DNA of 37,848 bases, from positions 1-37,848 of the forward strand of contig NW_021835839.1 in the NCBI RefSeq assembly GCF_006345805.1. Reading direction: 5' to 3'. Shown piece by piece: positions 1-11,594 of the stretch. Source of the stretch: Octopus sinensis (Eukaryota). The position numbers were made by a program, and so were the translations under genes. The first letter of the stretch is position 1, and each line of letters begins with the position of its first letter. The notes below the pieces were generated by a model. That model saw only the letters and a program-made list of their open reading frames with translations. It searched no databases and was not told the DNA's origin.

Positions 1-960
1 ATGGAGAGAAACAAGGAGAGAAAAAAATGTGTGTAGTGGCTAACGATCTATCATGGCGTATATATATGAGTGTGTGTGCGTCTTTGTGCGTGTGCACACC
101 CACCCACAACTGGAATGTGTTTAATGATCTTCGTGGTTAACCATTACCCTCAGGTACGCCACCACCGTTGCCATCATCATTGATGCTTCCAATGCATCAA
201 TCTGTCCCTGTCTCACTCTCTTCTGAATTTTTCCTCAGTTTCTTGCGACAGAAAGGTCTCAAGTGGCTCTTACTTCCACGCATGTAGAAGCCGAACCTTC
301 TTTTTTCGTACAGCTGATCTTATTTCCACACACACAACACAGCACAGCACAGCATCGGAGTGACCTTTCGGTTTTCGAGGGTCATTAAGTCTTGTATGTC
401 TCTACTAACCTCGTATTTATTCTTTAGTCACTTCCTTCATTCACAATCTGACCGCATAGTGTTATAAACGTGACAGAGAGCTAGGGCAGGATTCAATGTC
501 AACCTCGCAGAACCGTGCATTGCGGTAAGAACCTTAAGACAGTTGTGTGTACTCGAACTCCTCATGTCGTCTCACCTCGCCTTTGTCTGCCTGAAACTAG
601 ACAGACATCCCTGTAGATACTTCACGATCGATGCTCACTGCATCGTACCATTCATCTGCGATTATTTTGTTTGATATTTTGAGATTGCAATCGCTTTTCC
701 AGTGGTAGAAGTCACTTTTTTACCCCGGTCGTTTTTTGATAAATTCCTCAAGCAAGATGAAAGACAGTTAACTGGTTTGTTTCTCTGACCGGATTCCTTT
801 CATGTCCGAAACTTGTTTACTTCAACGTGTTAGCAAATTGCTATTAACGGTATTTACTATATTTTCCTTTTGCCTATGTATCTGAGTTTGAGTGTTGTTG
901 TTGCTTTTGTTGTTGTTGTTGCAAAATGCGTCGCTGCTGTTCTTCCCACCCGAGTCATTC

Positions 961-1340
961 CTTCTTTTGCTTTCTTTTGGCTTCTGTTGATAGTTTCAGT
1001 TATTGGACTGCGGCCATGCTGGAGCACCACCTTGTAAAGGTCTCATCTTTCGAACAGAACGACACTCCAGTGCTTATTTTTAAACTCCAGTACTTTCTCG
1101 TTTGCCGCATCGATAAGTTACGGGGGACATAAACAAACCAGCATCGGTTGTCAATAGAGGATGGGAAGAACAAGCAGGTGCAAAGACACGCACGCACAGA
1201 CACATACACACACAGTCACACACAGACACAAACACACACATACACACACATACACACAAACAAAGACACACACACAGATAGATATATACAACGGGCTTCT
1301 GTATCGTTTCTCTCTACGAAATTCACTAACAAAGTATTGT
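961..1340 (-). mobile_element. SINE family A, 5'-truncated copy with internal (CA)n tract
   Basis: Reverse complement of the family A 3' end (ggtgctccagcatggccgcagtcca) and of the gaagcccgt motif at ~1280-1300; matches copies at 1514, 26005, 30294 and 33114. Confidence 0.75.
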
Positions 1341-1513
1341 CCATAAGAATTACATTAGATTCTTCCTTTGTGTCTCTGGCTGTTTTTGTTGGCTTCTTAT
1401 TCCTTTCGTGTTTAGTTGTGTCGATTTTCAACAACTAAAAAGTTCTTTGAGACAGAATTCTAGTTTGGTTTCTTAGTTTCTTTCTTGTTTACATTCGCCG
1501 AAAATGATTCAGA

Positions 1514-1676
1514 GTCGCAGGAGTGGCTGTGTGGTAAGAAGTTTGCTTCCCAATCACATGGTTCCGGGTTCAGTCCCACAGCATGGCACCTTGGGTAAGT
1601 AGTGTCTTCTACTGTAGCCTCGGGCAGACTGAAACTGGAAGAAGCCTGTCGCGCACACGCGCGCACTTGTGTGTGC

Positions 1677-1745
<69 letters not shown>

Positions 1746-2150
1746 ATTTGTATATATAAAAATACAAAATGGGACAACAAAACATCCAGATAGACAATAC
1801 CAAGAAAACAAGGACGGGTCACTCGAAGTTTTCTTTCCTCAGTCGAGTACAAGATTATCTTCGCAATTTCGGCTGATTATACTCGAGATTGCTCTATTCT
1901 GGCCAGCCCCATATAGCTGAGTGTATGTTTCTTTGTGTCTCTGTCTTGCCCCACCGCTTGACAACTGGTGTTGGTGTGTTTACGTCCCGTAAGTTATCGG
2001 TTCATCAAAAGAGACGATAGAATATGTAACAGGCTTTAAAAATGAAAAATAAGTACTGGGGTCGATACATTCGATTAAATATGAATTCTTCGAGGCAGTG
2101 CCCCAGCATGGCCACAGTCTAATGACTGAAACATGTAGAAGATAATAGAA
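1514..2150 (+). mobile_element. SINE family A, near full length, internal microsatellite carrying a nested insert
   Basis: tRNA-like head with A box (tggctgtgtgg) and B-box-like ggttcagtccc; internal (AT)n(GT)n; 3' end gtgccccagcatggccacagtctaatgactgaaac followed by an A-rich tail. Confidence 0.85.
1759..1910 (-). mobile_element. ~150 bp insert inside the SINE microsatellite, possibly a Penelope-like 3' fragment
   Basis: Sequence absent from the other family A copies, flanked by tatata/atatag. Family assignment is inference only. Confidence 0.35.
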
Positions 2151-2639
2151 AAGAAAAAAAAACAAATTCTATCCCAAAACAATTTAAAATCACTTCGAAT
2201 TTATTTCTCACCTCTGCAAGTCCCAAGACTTTTAGACACGACACGGAACCATATACAGAAAGTATGCAACCATTTGTTAGAAACGGGGAGATATGGAATG
2301 CGTCTTGCCAGGGCAATCTACGACAACAACGCGAAGAAGAACGCCAACAAGAACATTAACACACTTGTCATTCAAGGATAGATTGTGATTAAAATAATGC
2401 AAAAATTTATCCTCAAAATGCGACAGGACGGAGCGGATATAATTATGAATTGCAGTAATTGTGTGTTTAGAGTTCACAAGACCGTTTTTGGTAATAACAG
2501 AAGATTCTGGAAAGAAAAGCTGCAGGCGAAATGACCTGAACCTTATGTTCTGAAATTTCGGTCTTGGCATCGTAATGCCGTGTTGGAATTATTATTATGT
2601 GTGCATATGTAAATATTCGTGTGTATTCATTCGAACATA

Positions 2640-2755
2640 TATAAATACATTCATACATACGCACATACATTCATTCATACATACATACATACATACATAC
2701 ATACATACATACATACATACATACACACACAACACACATACATACACACACACAC

Positions 2756-2793
<38 letters not shown>

Positions 2794-3110
2794 CACAAAT
2801 GTCGAAACAGAAATACAATAACACAGATATAGATTGATAATCACGCATTCATACACACACACATATATTCACACATGTGTATGTATGTATGTATGTATAT
2901 ATGTATGTATGCATGTATGTATGTATGTCTGTATGTGTGTATGTATGTATGTATGTATGTGTATATGTGTGTGTGTGTATGTATGTATTATGTATGTGTA
3001 TATGTATGTATGTATGTATCTATGTGGGCATGTATGTATGTATGTATCTATGTGGGCATGTATGTATATATGTATGTATCTATTTATCTATCTCTATGCA
3101 CATAGCGAGG
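2640..3110. repeat. (ATAC)n/(AC)n followed by (GTAT)n compound microsatellite
   Basis: Direct inspection. Confidence 0.95.
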
Positions 3111-3557
3111 TGCCGATGTATGTGTGGTAAATGCGTGTGTATACATATGTATACATATATGCACACACACACAGACATACACATACACATTTATATATAT
3201 TATACATGCACCCGCATACGTACGTTTCAATGTGAGTGTATATGTACGTATACTATATATGTGTGAACGTGTGCGAGTGTATGTGTGTGTGTGTAAAATA
3301 TATGTGTGTGTAACATTTCCACGCTAGCGTGTATAATATACACTAATATATTTAGAGAGGAATCCGAGGTAAGAAGGTAACCTCTGTCTAGTTTCTCGAT
3401 TTGCCAGGAACCAGAGGGAGCGTGCATTTCTCTCAGAATACACTCAGCCGCCATAAATAAAAAGACATTCTCTTCTGTAATACGATAGAAGACGAAATGG
3501 TTCCACTGAAATATCTTTGACCATACATTTGCGCGTGCGGGACTGACTTGATGTTAA

Positions 3558-3573
3558 ACAAGAAGAAGAAGAA

Positions 3574-3604
<31 letters not shown>

Positions 3605-3665
3605 AAGACAACAACAACAACAACAACAAGACGACAACAATAGCAACAGAAGCAACAAAAGCAAC
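3558..3665. repeat. (AAG)n-(AAC)n microsatellite
   Basis: Direct inspection. Confidence 0.95.
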
Positions 3666-3697
3666 ATTTATGCGTGCGTGTATGAGTGTGTACGCAA

Positions 3698-3734
<37 letters not shown>

Positions 3735-5032
3735 CATATTAGAGGGAAACCACTATGTGGACACCCTTATGCTAGAAATAAATCCGATATGGTCTTACCA
3801 CTAAGAAATGTTCTCAAGAAAAATTTAGCAAAACAACCAAAACGTAATCGAGCAAGGCAAAAGAAAAAGCAATAAAAATATGGATTATTCGTATACATGT
3901 TTCGCTATTAACATATTACGTAATTTTACTTACATAAATGTCCGTAGATCATCGGTGCGACCGTCCAGATGAATATAATTTGTTATTGTTTCTTGGGCCC
4001 TCTTCACTTTGGGTCTTCTCTTGCATCTGGAATTGACAATGCTGTACCTCTTTATGCCTTCTCACAACATTCATTGGCAGACCAGTCCAAAAATCTCTTG
4101 GAATTTCTTATACATTTCAGCTTCTGTATAGCCTCCTTATTCTTCCATATTCTGCCATTCATTATGATCTTACTGGCGTGCAACCTTTGATCTTCTGATT
4201 GAAACAATTAACTAACTGTTCTTACCGTAATAGCTTTGAAACTCTTTCACCATCGATGGAATTGTTAAGTGAAACTTCAAAGTTTTGCTCTACAGTTTGA
4301 CTGAAATAAAAGTTGGGATAACACACGGCGATTTTTGCACCGGTTTGCTGCACAATTACTCGATTGCCTTCGCTTGAATCATGGGGAAAATCAGGAAAGT
4401 GAATGGCCACTGCAGTTTGGGTATGATGTCCTAATGGAAGCACCTTAAACCTTACAAGCAGCTGGCATTCGTCAATTGCCCTGAATAAGTTGGTTATTTT
4501 CTTTTTTGAGTCGCTGTGTCTTTGGCTTTTTTATTATGCTTTATGGTGTAGTCGAAGTTTTTCCAAGAACTAAAATATTTGCAGTTTTTAACACCAACTT
4601 TAAAGAAATATATTTAAGCTCAAAACCAATATTATGAATAGAAAAATAATTATTAGAATGAACACATTTTTACTAGGAAACGTAACCATTTATTCCGGAA
4701 GCATAGATTTCGGCGGTCTTGGAATCGATTAATTCTTCAAAAGCATTTCGGAATGCTGTTCGGTTATTGGTAATCTTCTTTTGAAGGAAGATATCGATTT
4801 CATTGAAAGCATAGCAACGGACCGGAAGTAACTTGTGTGAGATAGAGTTTAGTAACAGTAGTTTGTTAAAATTCCTGCAGTAATTCGGGAAACGTGAGGT
4901 GTAAGGTTGTCACAGAGAAGAATTAGTCCAAAAGGACCAATTCTATGACCATTGAACAATTTTGGACACTAATCTACTGTGGAAGCTGCAGCAGGATTCA
5001 AGAAATAGTGGAGGGTGATACCACTTGTCGAC

Positions 5033-5265
5033 TTATTTCATTACTACCCACAGGGTGCTAAACACAGAGGGGACAAACAAGGACAGGTAAACTGATTAAG
5101 TCGATTATATCGACCCCAGTGCGTAACTGGTATTTATTTAATCGACCCCGAAAGGATGAAAGGCAAAGTTGACCTCGGCGGAATTTGAACTCAGAACGTA
5201 GCGGCAGACGAAATACTGCGAGGCATTTCGCCCGGCGTGCTAACGATTCTGCCAGCTCGACCACC
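5033..5265 (-). mobile_element. SINE family B (tRNA head plus Meta-like central domain)
   Basis: Minus strand reads gagctggcagaatcgttagcacgccgggcg...gagttcaaattccgccgaggtcaactttgcctttcatcctttcggggtcgat; near-identical head and core at 9858-10067. Confidence 0.85.
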
Positions 5266-5482
5266 AAATCGATCACCAAAGCTTATATTCGATACAACTT
5301 CAGTTTGGAAAATTGTTTTGGCGTTTTACCTCGGTCTGCCTATTGCAAGGAATGCTATCGGGTGTATAAAATCTATTTTGCATCACAAACCACAATGTGA
5401 TGAAGAAATAGATAATTTCTATTGCGCAGCCACCACCGAAGCAGACTGTTTGACGGAGCTATTTCTTTTTATTTTCGTTCAG

Positions 5483-5546
5483 CTGGGGCACCATCGATGT
5501 TTTAAATTTATTTTGCAATGTGGTGCAAATGTTGAACGGGCAAATG
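5483..5546 (+). CDS. Candidate 64-nt host-gene exon encoding an ankyrin-repeat-like peptide LGHHRCFKFILQCGANVERAN
   Basis: Strong pyrimidine tract and AG (tttctttttattttcgttcag, AG 5481-5482); peptide fits the ankyrin GH-x-x-C-x-K-x-IL-x-x-GANV half-repeat; weak donor G/GTGAAC at 5547. Confidence 0.35.
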
Positions 5547-5969
5547 GTGAACAGCTGTTGAAATATCAACGCTCAGTTCTTCTATTAACGTCCTTAAGTA
5601 CTTTGCATGGGATAGATTTAATAAGGGCGCCGAGATGGTCGTCCGTAATATATTCTCATCTTCAGTGCTTTCGTCCCCACTACGGGAATTTGGGAACCAA
5701 TGTTGACGTTCCTTGTAGCGATCGACTAATTACGAATAGCATTTGCTACAAATATCATACGTTACATATAAAAAGGTTAAAAAGAAAAACAGTTCACGAT
5801 CGGCGGCAGATGCGGAACTCCGAATAAAAACAGCATTATAATAATTATTGGCACTTCATTTTAGTATTGAGTTCCTTTTGCCTCTACTTTGTCAAGGCAA
5901 ACATACATATATGTTTGTATATGCATATATACATAGATACATAGATAAATACATACATACGTACATAGG

Positions 5970-6025
<56 letters not shown>

Positions 6026-6519
6026 GATAGATAGCTAGATATGTATATATGTATGTGTGAGTATATACATAGAAGTATATGCATGTATATATATGTGTAA
6101 ATATATATATATGTATTTATATGTATGCATTATGTATATATCTCTCAATTTCCGTCTGTCTGTCTGCCTCTGTCCTTCTCTCTCTCTCTCTCAATATATA
6201 TATTATATATATATATATATAATATATATATTTATATATTATTATACATGTGTGTGTGTATGTGTGTTTGTGCGCGTGTTACAATTCTCACCGTGTGTCT
6301 CCAATTAGTTACAAGGAACAGAAAATATGAAAAGCAATTTAACCCAATTTCACACCTGGAGGCTGTGATTGTTTATTATCGAACTTTAAACAATGTCTTT
6401 GCGATGTTTTAGTTTCTTGATAAATTTCCACATACGAGACCAATTTGTTGTTGTTCTACTTTGGCAGTTCTCTATCGCCAGTTTTCAAATGCCCCCTCTC
6501 ACAACATTTGTCTTCACAC

Positions 6520-6706
6520 ACACACTCTCTCTTTTCCTCTTTCGCTCTCTCTCTCTCTCTCTCTTTCTTTCTCTCTCTCTTTTCCTCTTTCGCTCTCTCT
6601 CTCTCTCTCTCTATCTTTCTTTCTCTCTCTCTTTCTCTCTCTCTTTTCCACTTTCGCTCTCTCTCTCTCTTTTCCTCTTTCTCTCTCTATCTCTCTCTCT
6701 CTCTCC
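6520..6706. repeat. (CT)n tract with higher-order unit tttcc(t/a)ctttcgctc(tc)n
   Basis: The interruption motif recurs 3-4 times. Confidence 0.9.
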
Positions 6707-6839
6707 TCACTTCCGGTAAACTCTGAATTGCAAGAGAATTATATAGACGGATGAAGCGGAAACGTATCTATAGATTCTACTTCCGGCAATCATGGATATC
6801 ATCTAAGTATCTATCGATATGTACGTATCTTTGATTGTA

Positions 6840-6907
6840 CACACGTGTGTACACACACACACACACACACACACACTTACACACACACACAGACACACAC
6901 ACACTCA

Positions 6908-6942
<35 letters not shown>

Positions 6943-7077
6943 ATATTTACAGATGTGTCTGTATGAAAATACAAATTCATGACTATTCAATTATTTATAT
7001 TACAAATATGCAATATTCCATCCATCCACCCACCCACCCATCCCCATCCATCCATCCATCCACCCATCCACCCATCC

Positions 7078-7150
<73 letters not shown>

Positions 7151-7218
7151 CATATCTGCCTTTGTATATATGTGTGTATCTGTCTATACGTATGTATACG
7201 TGTGTATAATATACATAC

Positions 7219-7276
<58 letters not shown>

Positions 7277-7279
7277 TAC

Positions 7280-7313
<34 letters not shown>

Positions 7314-7400
7314 TATAATATATATTTACATATATAAGATACATATTATATACATACACACTTATATATGTATGGATATATATATATATAATATATAAAT
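6840..7400. repeat. Compound (AC)n-(CCAT)n-(CTAT)n-(AT)n microsatellite
   Basis: Direct inspection. Confidence 0.95.
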
Positions 7401-7673
7401 ACACATGAATGTGTGTGTGTTTGTGTGCGTGCGTGTGTATTTTTATGTGTGTGGGCGTGTGTTTGTGTCTAATTTCGTTTGAGCAATGTCTCAAATTAGT
7501 TGCATTGGTTTAATTAGTCAATCACGAGTGCGTTGTGTGGCCCTTGACTTGTTGGCAAAATATTGCTCTGATCATTTTTGTATCGTTTGTTATTTCACGC
7601 ATACATTCACACAAAGGCGCACACACACACATATATACACACATAGAAACACACACACACACACACATATATA

Positions 7674-7715
<42 letters not shown>

Positions 7716-8107
7716 TATAGATATATATATATAATGCGTGTATATACATGTAGAGGTAGGTACGTACATATATGTATATATATATGCATATGTTTTATTT
7801 ATTAATTTATATATATACATATATATATCTATATATATTATATATATATATAATATATATATATATGCGTACATTCATAATTAGTTACTTTTGTTCTTGT
7901 CGGATTCGCCGATGCGTTTTAGTAATTCCTGTTAATGAACATTCTAGTCATTGAATTAGCATGTTCAGTGACTAAGTGCTTTACTGCCATGTGTAACGTT
8001 GACGTAACTCACACACATAACCAGCGTGGCAACGCCGGACCGTTTGTATTACTGCTAGAAAATATGCGACGGATCTAATTTCCGTTTACCTAATTTCATT
8101 CGCGGCT

Positions 8108-8175
8108 GAGACACGTGGCTTAGTGGTCAGGGTGTTGGACTCAAGATCCTATGACTGTGGTTTCGATTACTGGAG
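8108..8175 (+). mobile_element. Isolated tRNA-derived SINE head
   Basis: A box tggcttagtgg (8116-8126) and B-box-like gtttcgattac. Confidence 0.5.
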
Positions 8176-8190
8176 CAGGTGATGCATGGT

Positions 8191-8334
8191 GTTACTAGAA
8201 GAATAGGCATCCCTCAAGAAAACAATAAGAAGGAGCAGATATGGAAAGGAAGTTTAGAAGATAAAATGAAGACTTTAGGACAAGATTTGAGCAGAATAGA
8301 AGCCTGGAAATAGGATAAGTTAGGAAACAAGATC
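8191..8334 (+). pseudogene. Decayed fragment of an R4/Dong-like (RLE-clade) LINE ORF
   Basis: Translates VTRRIGIPQENNKKEQIWKGSLEDKMKTLGQDLSRIEAWK*DKLGNKI, resembling the WKRRLE.KI..LR.DLSR.E motif of R4/Dong ORFs (recognised from memory). Confidence 0.4.
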
Positions 8335-8679
8335 TAAATCTTCTGAGTAAAACACTTCATTTCGCGTTACTCCAGTTCTTTCAACTGTCAAAAATGAGTA
8401 ATTCTGCGACGGATCGGCGTCACGTCCAGAGAGAAAATATATACGCCACAAAATCCGGGATACTGACCTTATGAGTCTATGACTCGGAAAAAAAGCTTTA
8501 TCTTTTTTCATTTCACTACCGTAGCGATTGGAATTTACGAAGATGCTTCGCCGTAGGATCAAACTCAAGACCTTATCTTTGCAAGGTATACTTTTCCTCC
8601 ATCTAACTATATAGTAGCTATACATATGGAGATACGTACACAGCTACTTAGACATAGACGCACTTACATGCATGTATAT

Positions 8680-8830
8680 ATCTTTTTACTGGTTTGAATC
8701 ACGGCACTGTTGTTATGCTGAGGCACCGCCTCGAGTACTTTAGTCGAGCAAATTGACGTCAGTCGCAATGATTTAAGCAAACCGATACCGGTAGTCATAC
8801 GGTGGGGGTGGAACAAACGCAAAACACACA

Positions 8831-8901
<71 letters not shown>

Positions 8902-9228
8902 TTACATACATATATAAATATACATACACACACATCTAGCTATCTATTTATCTGTCTGTCTGTCTGTTTGTCTGCCTGTCTGTGTCTGTCTGTCTGTCTG
9001 TGTATGTATGTATGTATGTATGTATGTATGTATGAATGCATGCGTATACACGCACAATGGATCTTCACACAGTTTCCGTGTATCAAACTAACGAAATTCA
9101 CTCGCGAGGTATCGTATGACCTGAGGCTGTAGCAGAAGACACTCGACCAAGATGCCGCGCAGTGGGACCGAACTAAAACCACGTGGTTACAAAAGCGAGC
9201 TGCCTAACCAAACAGCCATACATGCGCC
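8680..9228 (-). mobile_element. SINE family A, full length, diverged, long internal microsatellite
   Basis: Head ggcgcatgtatggctgtttggttagg at the 9228 end; 3' ggtgcctcagcataacaacagtg at ~8705-8730. Confidence 0.8.
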
Positions 9229-9529
9229 AATAGAATAAGAATAAATATATAAAAAGAAAATGAAAGACAAAAACCCAAAAAAAAAAATAATTAAAAAACC
9301 GCGTAAAACAGAAAACATAAGACCACACGTTTGCAAACTGTTAAGACGGAGGAATGATATTAGTGATTTTTTATTCATTAATATCAAATATGTTGTTTTC
9401 GTGTGTTTCTTTTTTTTATATATTTTCTTGTATCATTTTTGCGTTGCTTTTCGCAATCTCTTCTCAAAGACTCACTCAACGAAATAAAACTGTCAAAACA
9501 AAAAAAAAAAACTCGTTTAGATTTCTATG

Positions 9530-9790
9530 AAGTTGTCGTCGCCGTCGTAGTAGTGGTGGCGGTTGTGGTGGTTGTGGTTATCGTCGTGGTGGTGATAGTA
9601 GTGATGAACATAGCGATGGTGGTAGTAGTAGTAGTAGTGTAGTAGTAGTGGCAGCAGCAGCAGCAGCAGCAATAGTAGTGGTGGTGGTATTAGCGACGTG
9701 GTAGTGTAGTGGTCGTGGGGATAATGGTTTGGTAGTGGTGGATGTTGGTAGTAGTAGTAGTAGTAGTGGTGGCGGTGGTAGTGGTGATAG
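9530..9790. repeat. (GTA/GTG/GCA)n trinucleotide tract
   Basis: Direct inspection. Confidence 0.9.
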
Positions 9791-9857
9791 AACTGTTCGC
9801 CGTGCTTATGATTCTGCCAGCTGGCCACCTTAATAATAATATCAATAATAATTATTA

Positions 9858-10067
9858 TTTCAAATTTTTGCCACAAGGGCAGCTGGGGGACGTGGTGGTG
9901 CGACGATTACATCGACCCCCAATATTCAACTGGTACTTAATTTATCGACCCTGAAAGGATGAAAGGCAAAGTCGACCTCGGCGGAATTTGAACTCAGAAC
10001 GTAACGGCAGACGAAATACTGCTAAGCATTTCGCCCGGCGTGCTAACGATTCTGCCAGCTCGCCGCC
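9858..10067 (-). mobile_element. SINE family B, full length
   Basis: Minus strand starts ggcggcgagctggcagaatcgttagcacgccgggcg; core gtcgactttgcctttcatcctttcagggtcgataaattaagtaccag. Confidence 0.9.
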
Positions 10068-10199
10068 TTAATAGTAATAATAATAATAATGATGATGATG
10101 ATGAAGATGATAATGAATGTCCCGAGAACAAAAACGGCAGAGAACGTCTTCAGGAAGATAAATCTTATTAGAGGGAAGAGGGCCTCTTTAAGCCTTGGA

Positions 10200-10256
<57 letters not shown>

Positions 10257-10637
10257 AACAAGAACAACTAGTGGTGGTGAGTATTTGCCGCTATGAATAT
10301 TTAGCTTCAAGTTAGCTTTGATTTAGTAACTTCAATATTCGAAATGTAGTCTTACCGTGACCATCTCTTCAGCTATTTTTTTTTACACACAACATATCTA
10401 AAAGTCATATTATCCAGCATTTTTGTTACCAATACTTATTGGTGGGTGTGTCATTTGAAAGAGATTTTGGCTGCTATCTTTAACAAGACAATCGACCACC
10501 ATGCTCAGAAGAAGTTTCTGCGATGTCTTGTAAGCTGTTGTTGGGAAACAAAAATAAAAACACAAGAAAAACATAGAAAAACTAATAAACGTCAACATCT
10601 TTTTCAGCAACAACGACAACAATTTAATCTTCATCGG

Positions 10638-10675
<38 letters not shown>

Positions 10676-10750
10676 GTGTCTTCGTCATCATCATCATCAT
10701 CATCATCAGTGTCTTCGTCATCATCATCATCATCATCATCAGTGTCTTCG

Positions 10751-10790
<40 letters not shown>

Positions 10791-10803
10791 CATCATCATC
10801 ATC
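10638..10803. repeat. (CAT)n with three cagtgtcttcgt interruptions at a 33-bp period
   Basis: Interruptions at 10674, 10707 and 10740. Confidence 0.95.
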
Positions 10804-11256
10804 AAATACAACAACAGACTTGTCTACAACGCGCTGCTAATCCAATAAAATTATTTTGAAAAAAAAAAAAATCCTGAGAAAATGACACAAAATCAAGTAA
10901 AAATTTAGAAGAAGAATAAATTTTGTCAGCGAAAGCAAAAGACATTATTGTTTTGATGTTAAAATTTTGAACAGATGTTCAGATATGTAAAAATTCTCAG
11001 TACCACTGGTTAGGTGTGGGTACGTGTGGTTAGGGGTGTGTGTATACATATATTGGCACTTTGTATATGAATATGTGTATGGTGTGTTCGCATGTGTGTG
11101 TTTGTATGTATACATATATAATATATATATATATCTATATATTATATATCTCAATATATAATATATATACATATATATATATACATATATGTGGTGTGTG
11201 TGTGTTTTTACATTCACGCATACAATAGTATATTCCAAAAACACATAAATAATATA

Positions 11257-11294
<38 letters not shown>

Positions 11295-11299
<5 letters not shown>

Positions 11300-11551
11300 G
11301 TAAAATAATATGTGACAATTATTCAATAGCCAGATAAAACTCTGAGTTTCGGATGCCGAGGTGGAAATCCACAACACCATCTCTTCGGCCAGATAACCGA
11401 AGAGATGGTGTGTGGATTTCCACCTCGGCATCCGAAACTCAGAGTTTTATCTGGCTATTGAAAATTGTCATATATCATTTTACAGATAATTTTCCCCTAT
11501 TACCTAATATTGAGGTCTCTCTCTTTCTTTTGTTATCTTACCGTTTTTACC

Positions 11552-11553
<2 letters not shown>
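11295..11553 (+). mobile_element. Penelope-like inverted pLTR cassette (194-bp palindrome plus tail) between (TA)n tracts
   Basis: Arms 11295-11388 and 11397-11488 are near-perfect reverse complements; 8-nt loop ccagataa; contains a hammerhead motif. Confidence 0.7.
11388..11455 (+). ncRNA. Type I hammerhead ribozyme-like motif (CCGAAGA core)
   Basis: Stem I gccagataa/ttatctggc (9 bp); core CCGAAGA 11397-11403; stem II gatg...catc; GAAA 11434-11437; stem III CUC-A-GAG; GUU cleavage triplet ending at 11446. Confidence 0.7.

Positions 11554-11590
<37 letters not shown>

Positions 11591-11594
<4 letters not shown>

Noticed and set aside
140-330. Possible RTE-1-like C-terminal relic on the minus strand (FRRE*DRDRLMHW)
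   Set aside because: The match is too short and too degenerate to support without a search.
2640-3110. (ATAC)n versus (GTAT)n fold-back as a functional hairpin
   Set aside because: Complementarity is trivial for these ubiquitous repeats.
4222-4530. ~100-codon open frame on the minus strand
   Set aside because: No recognisable motif or convincing splice sites.
10446-10859. His-rich ORF (H7QCLR)n as a metal-binding or structural protein
   Set aside because: Fully explained by a (CAT)n tract with a duplicated interruption; the flanking peptide is not protein-like.
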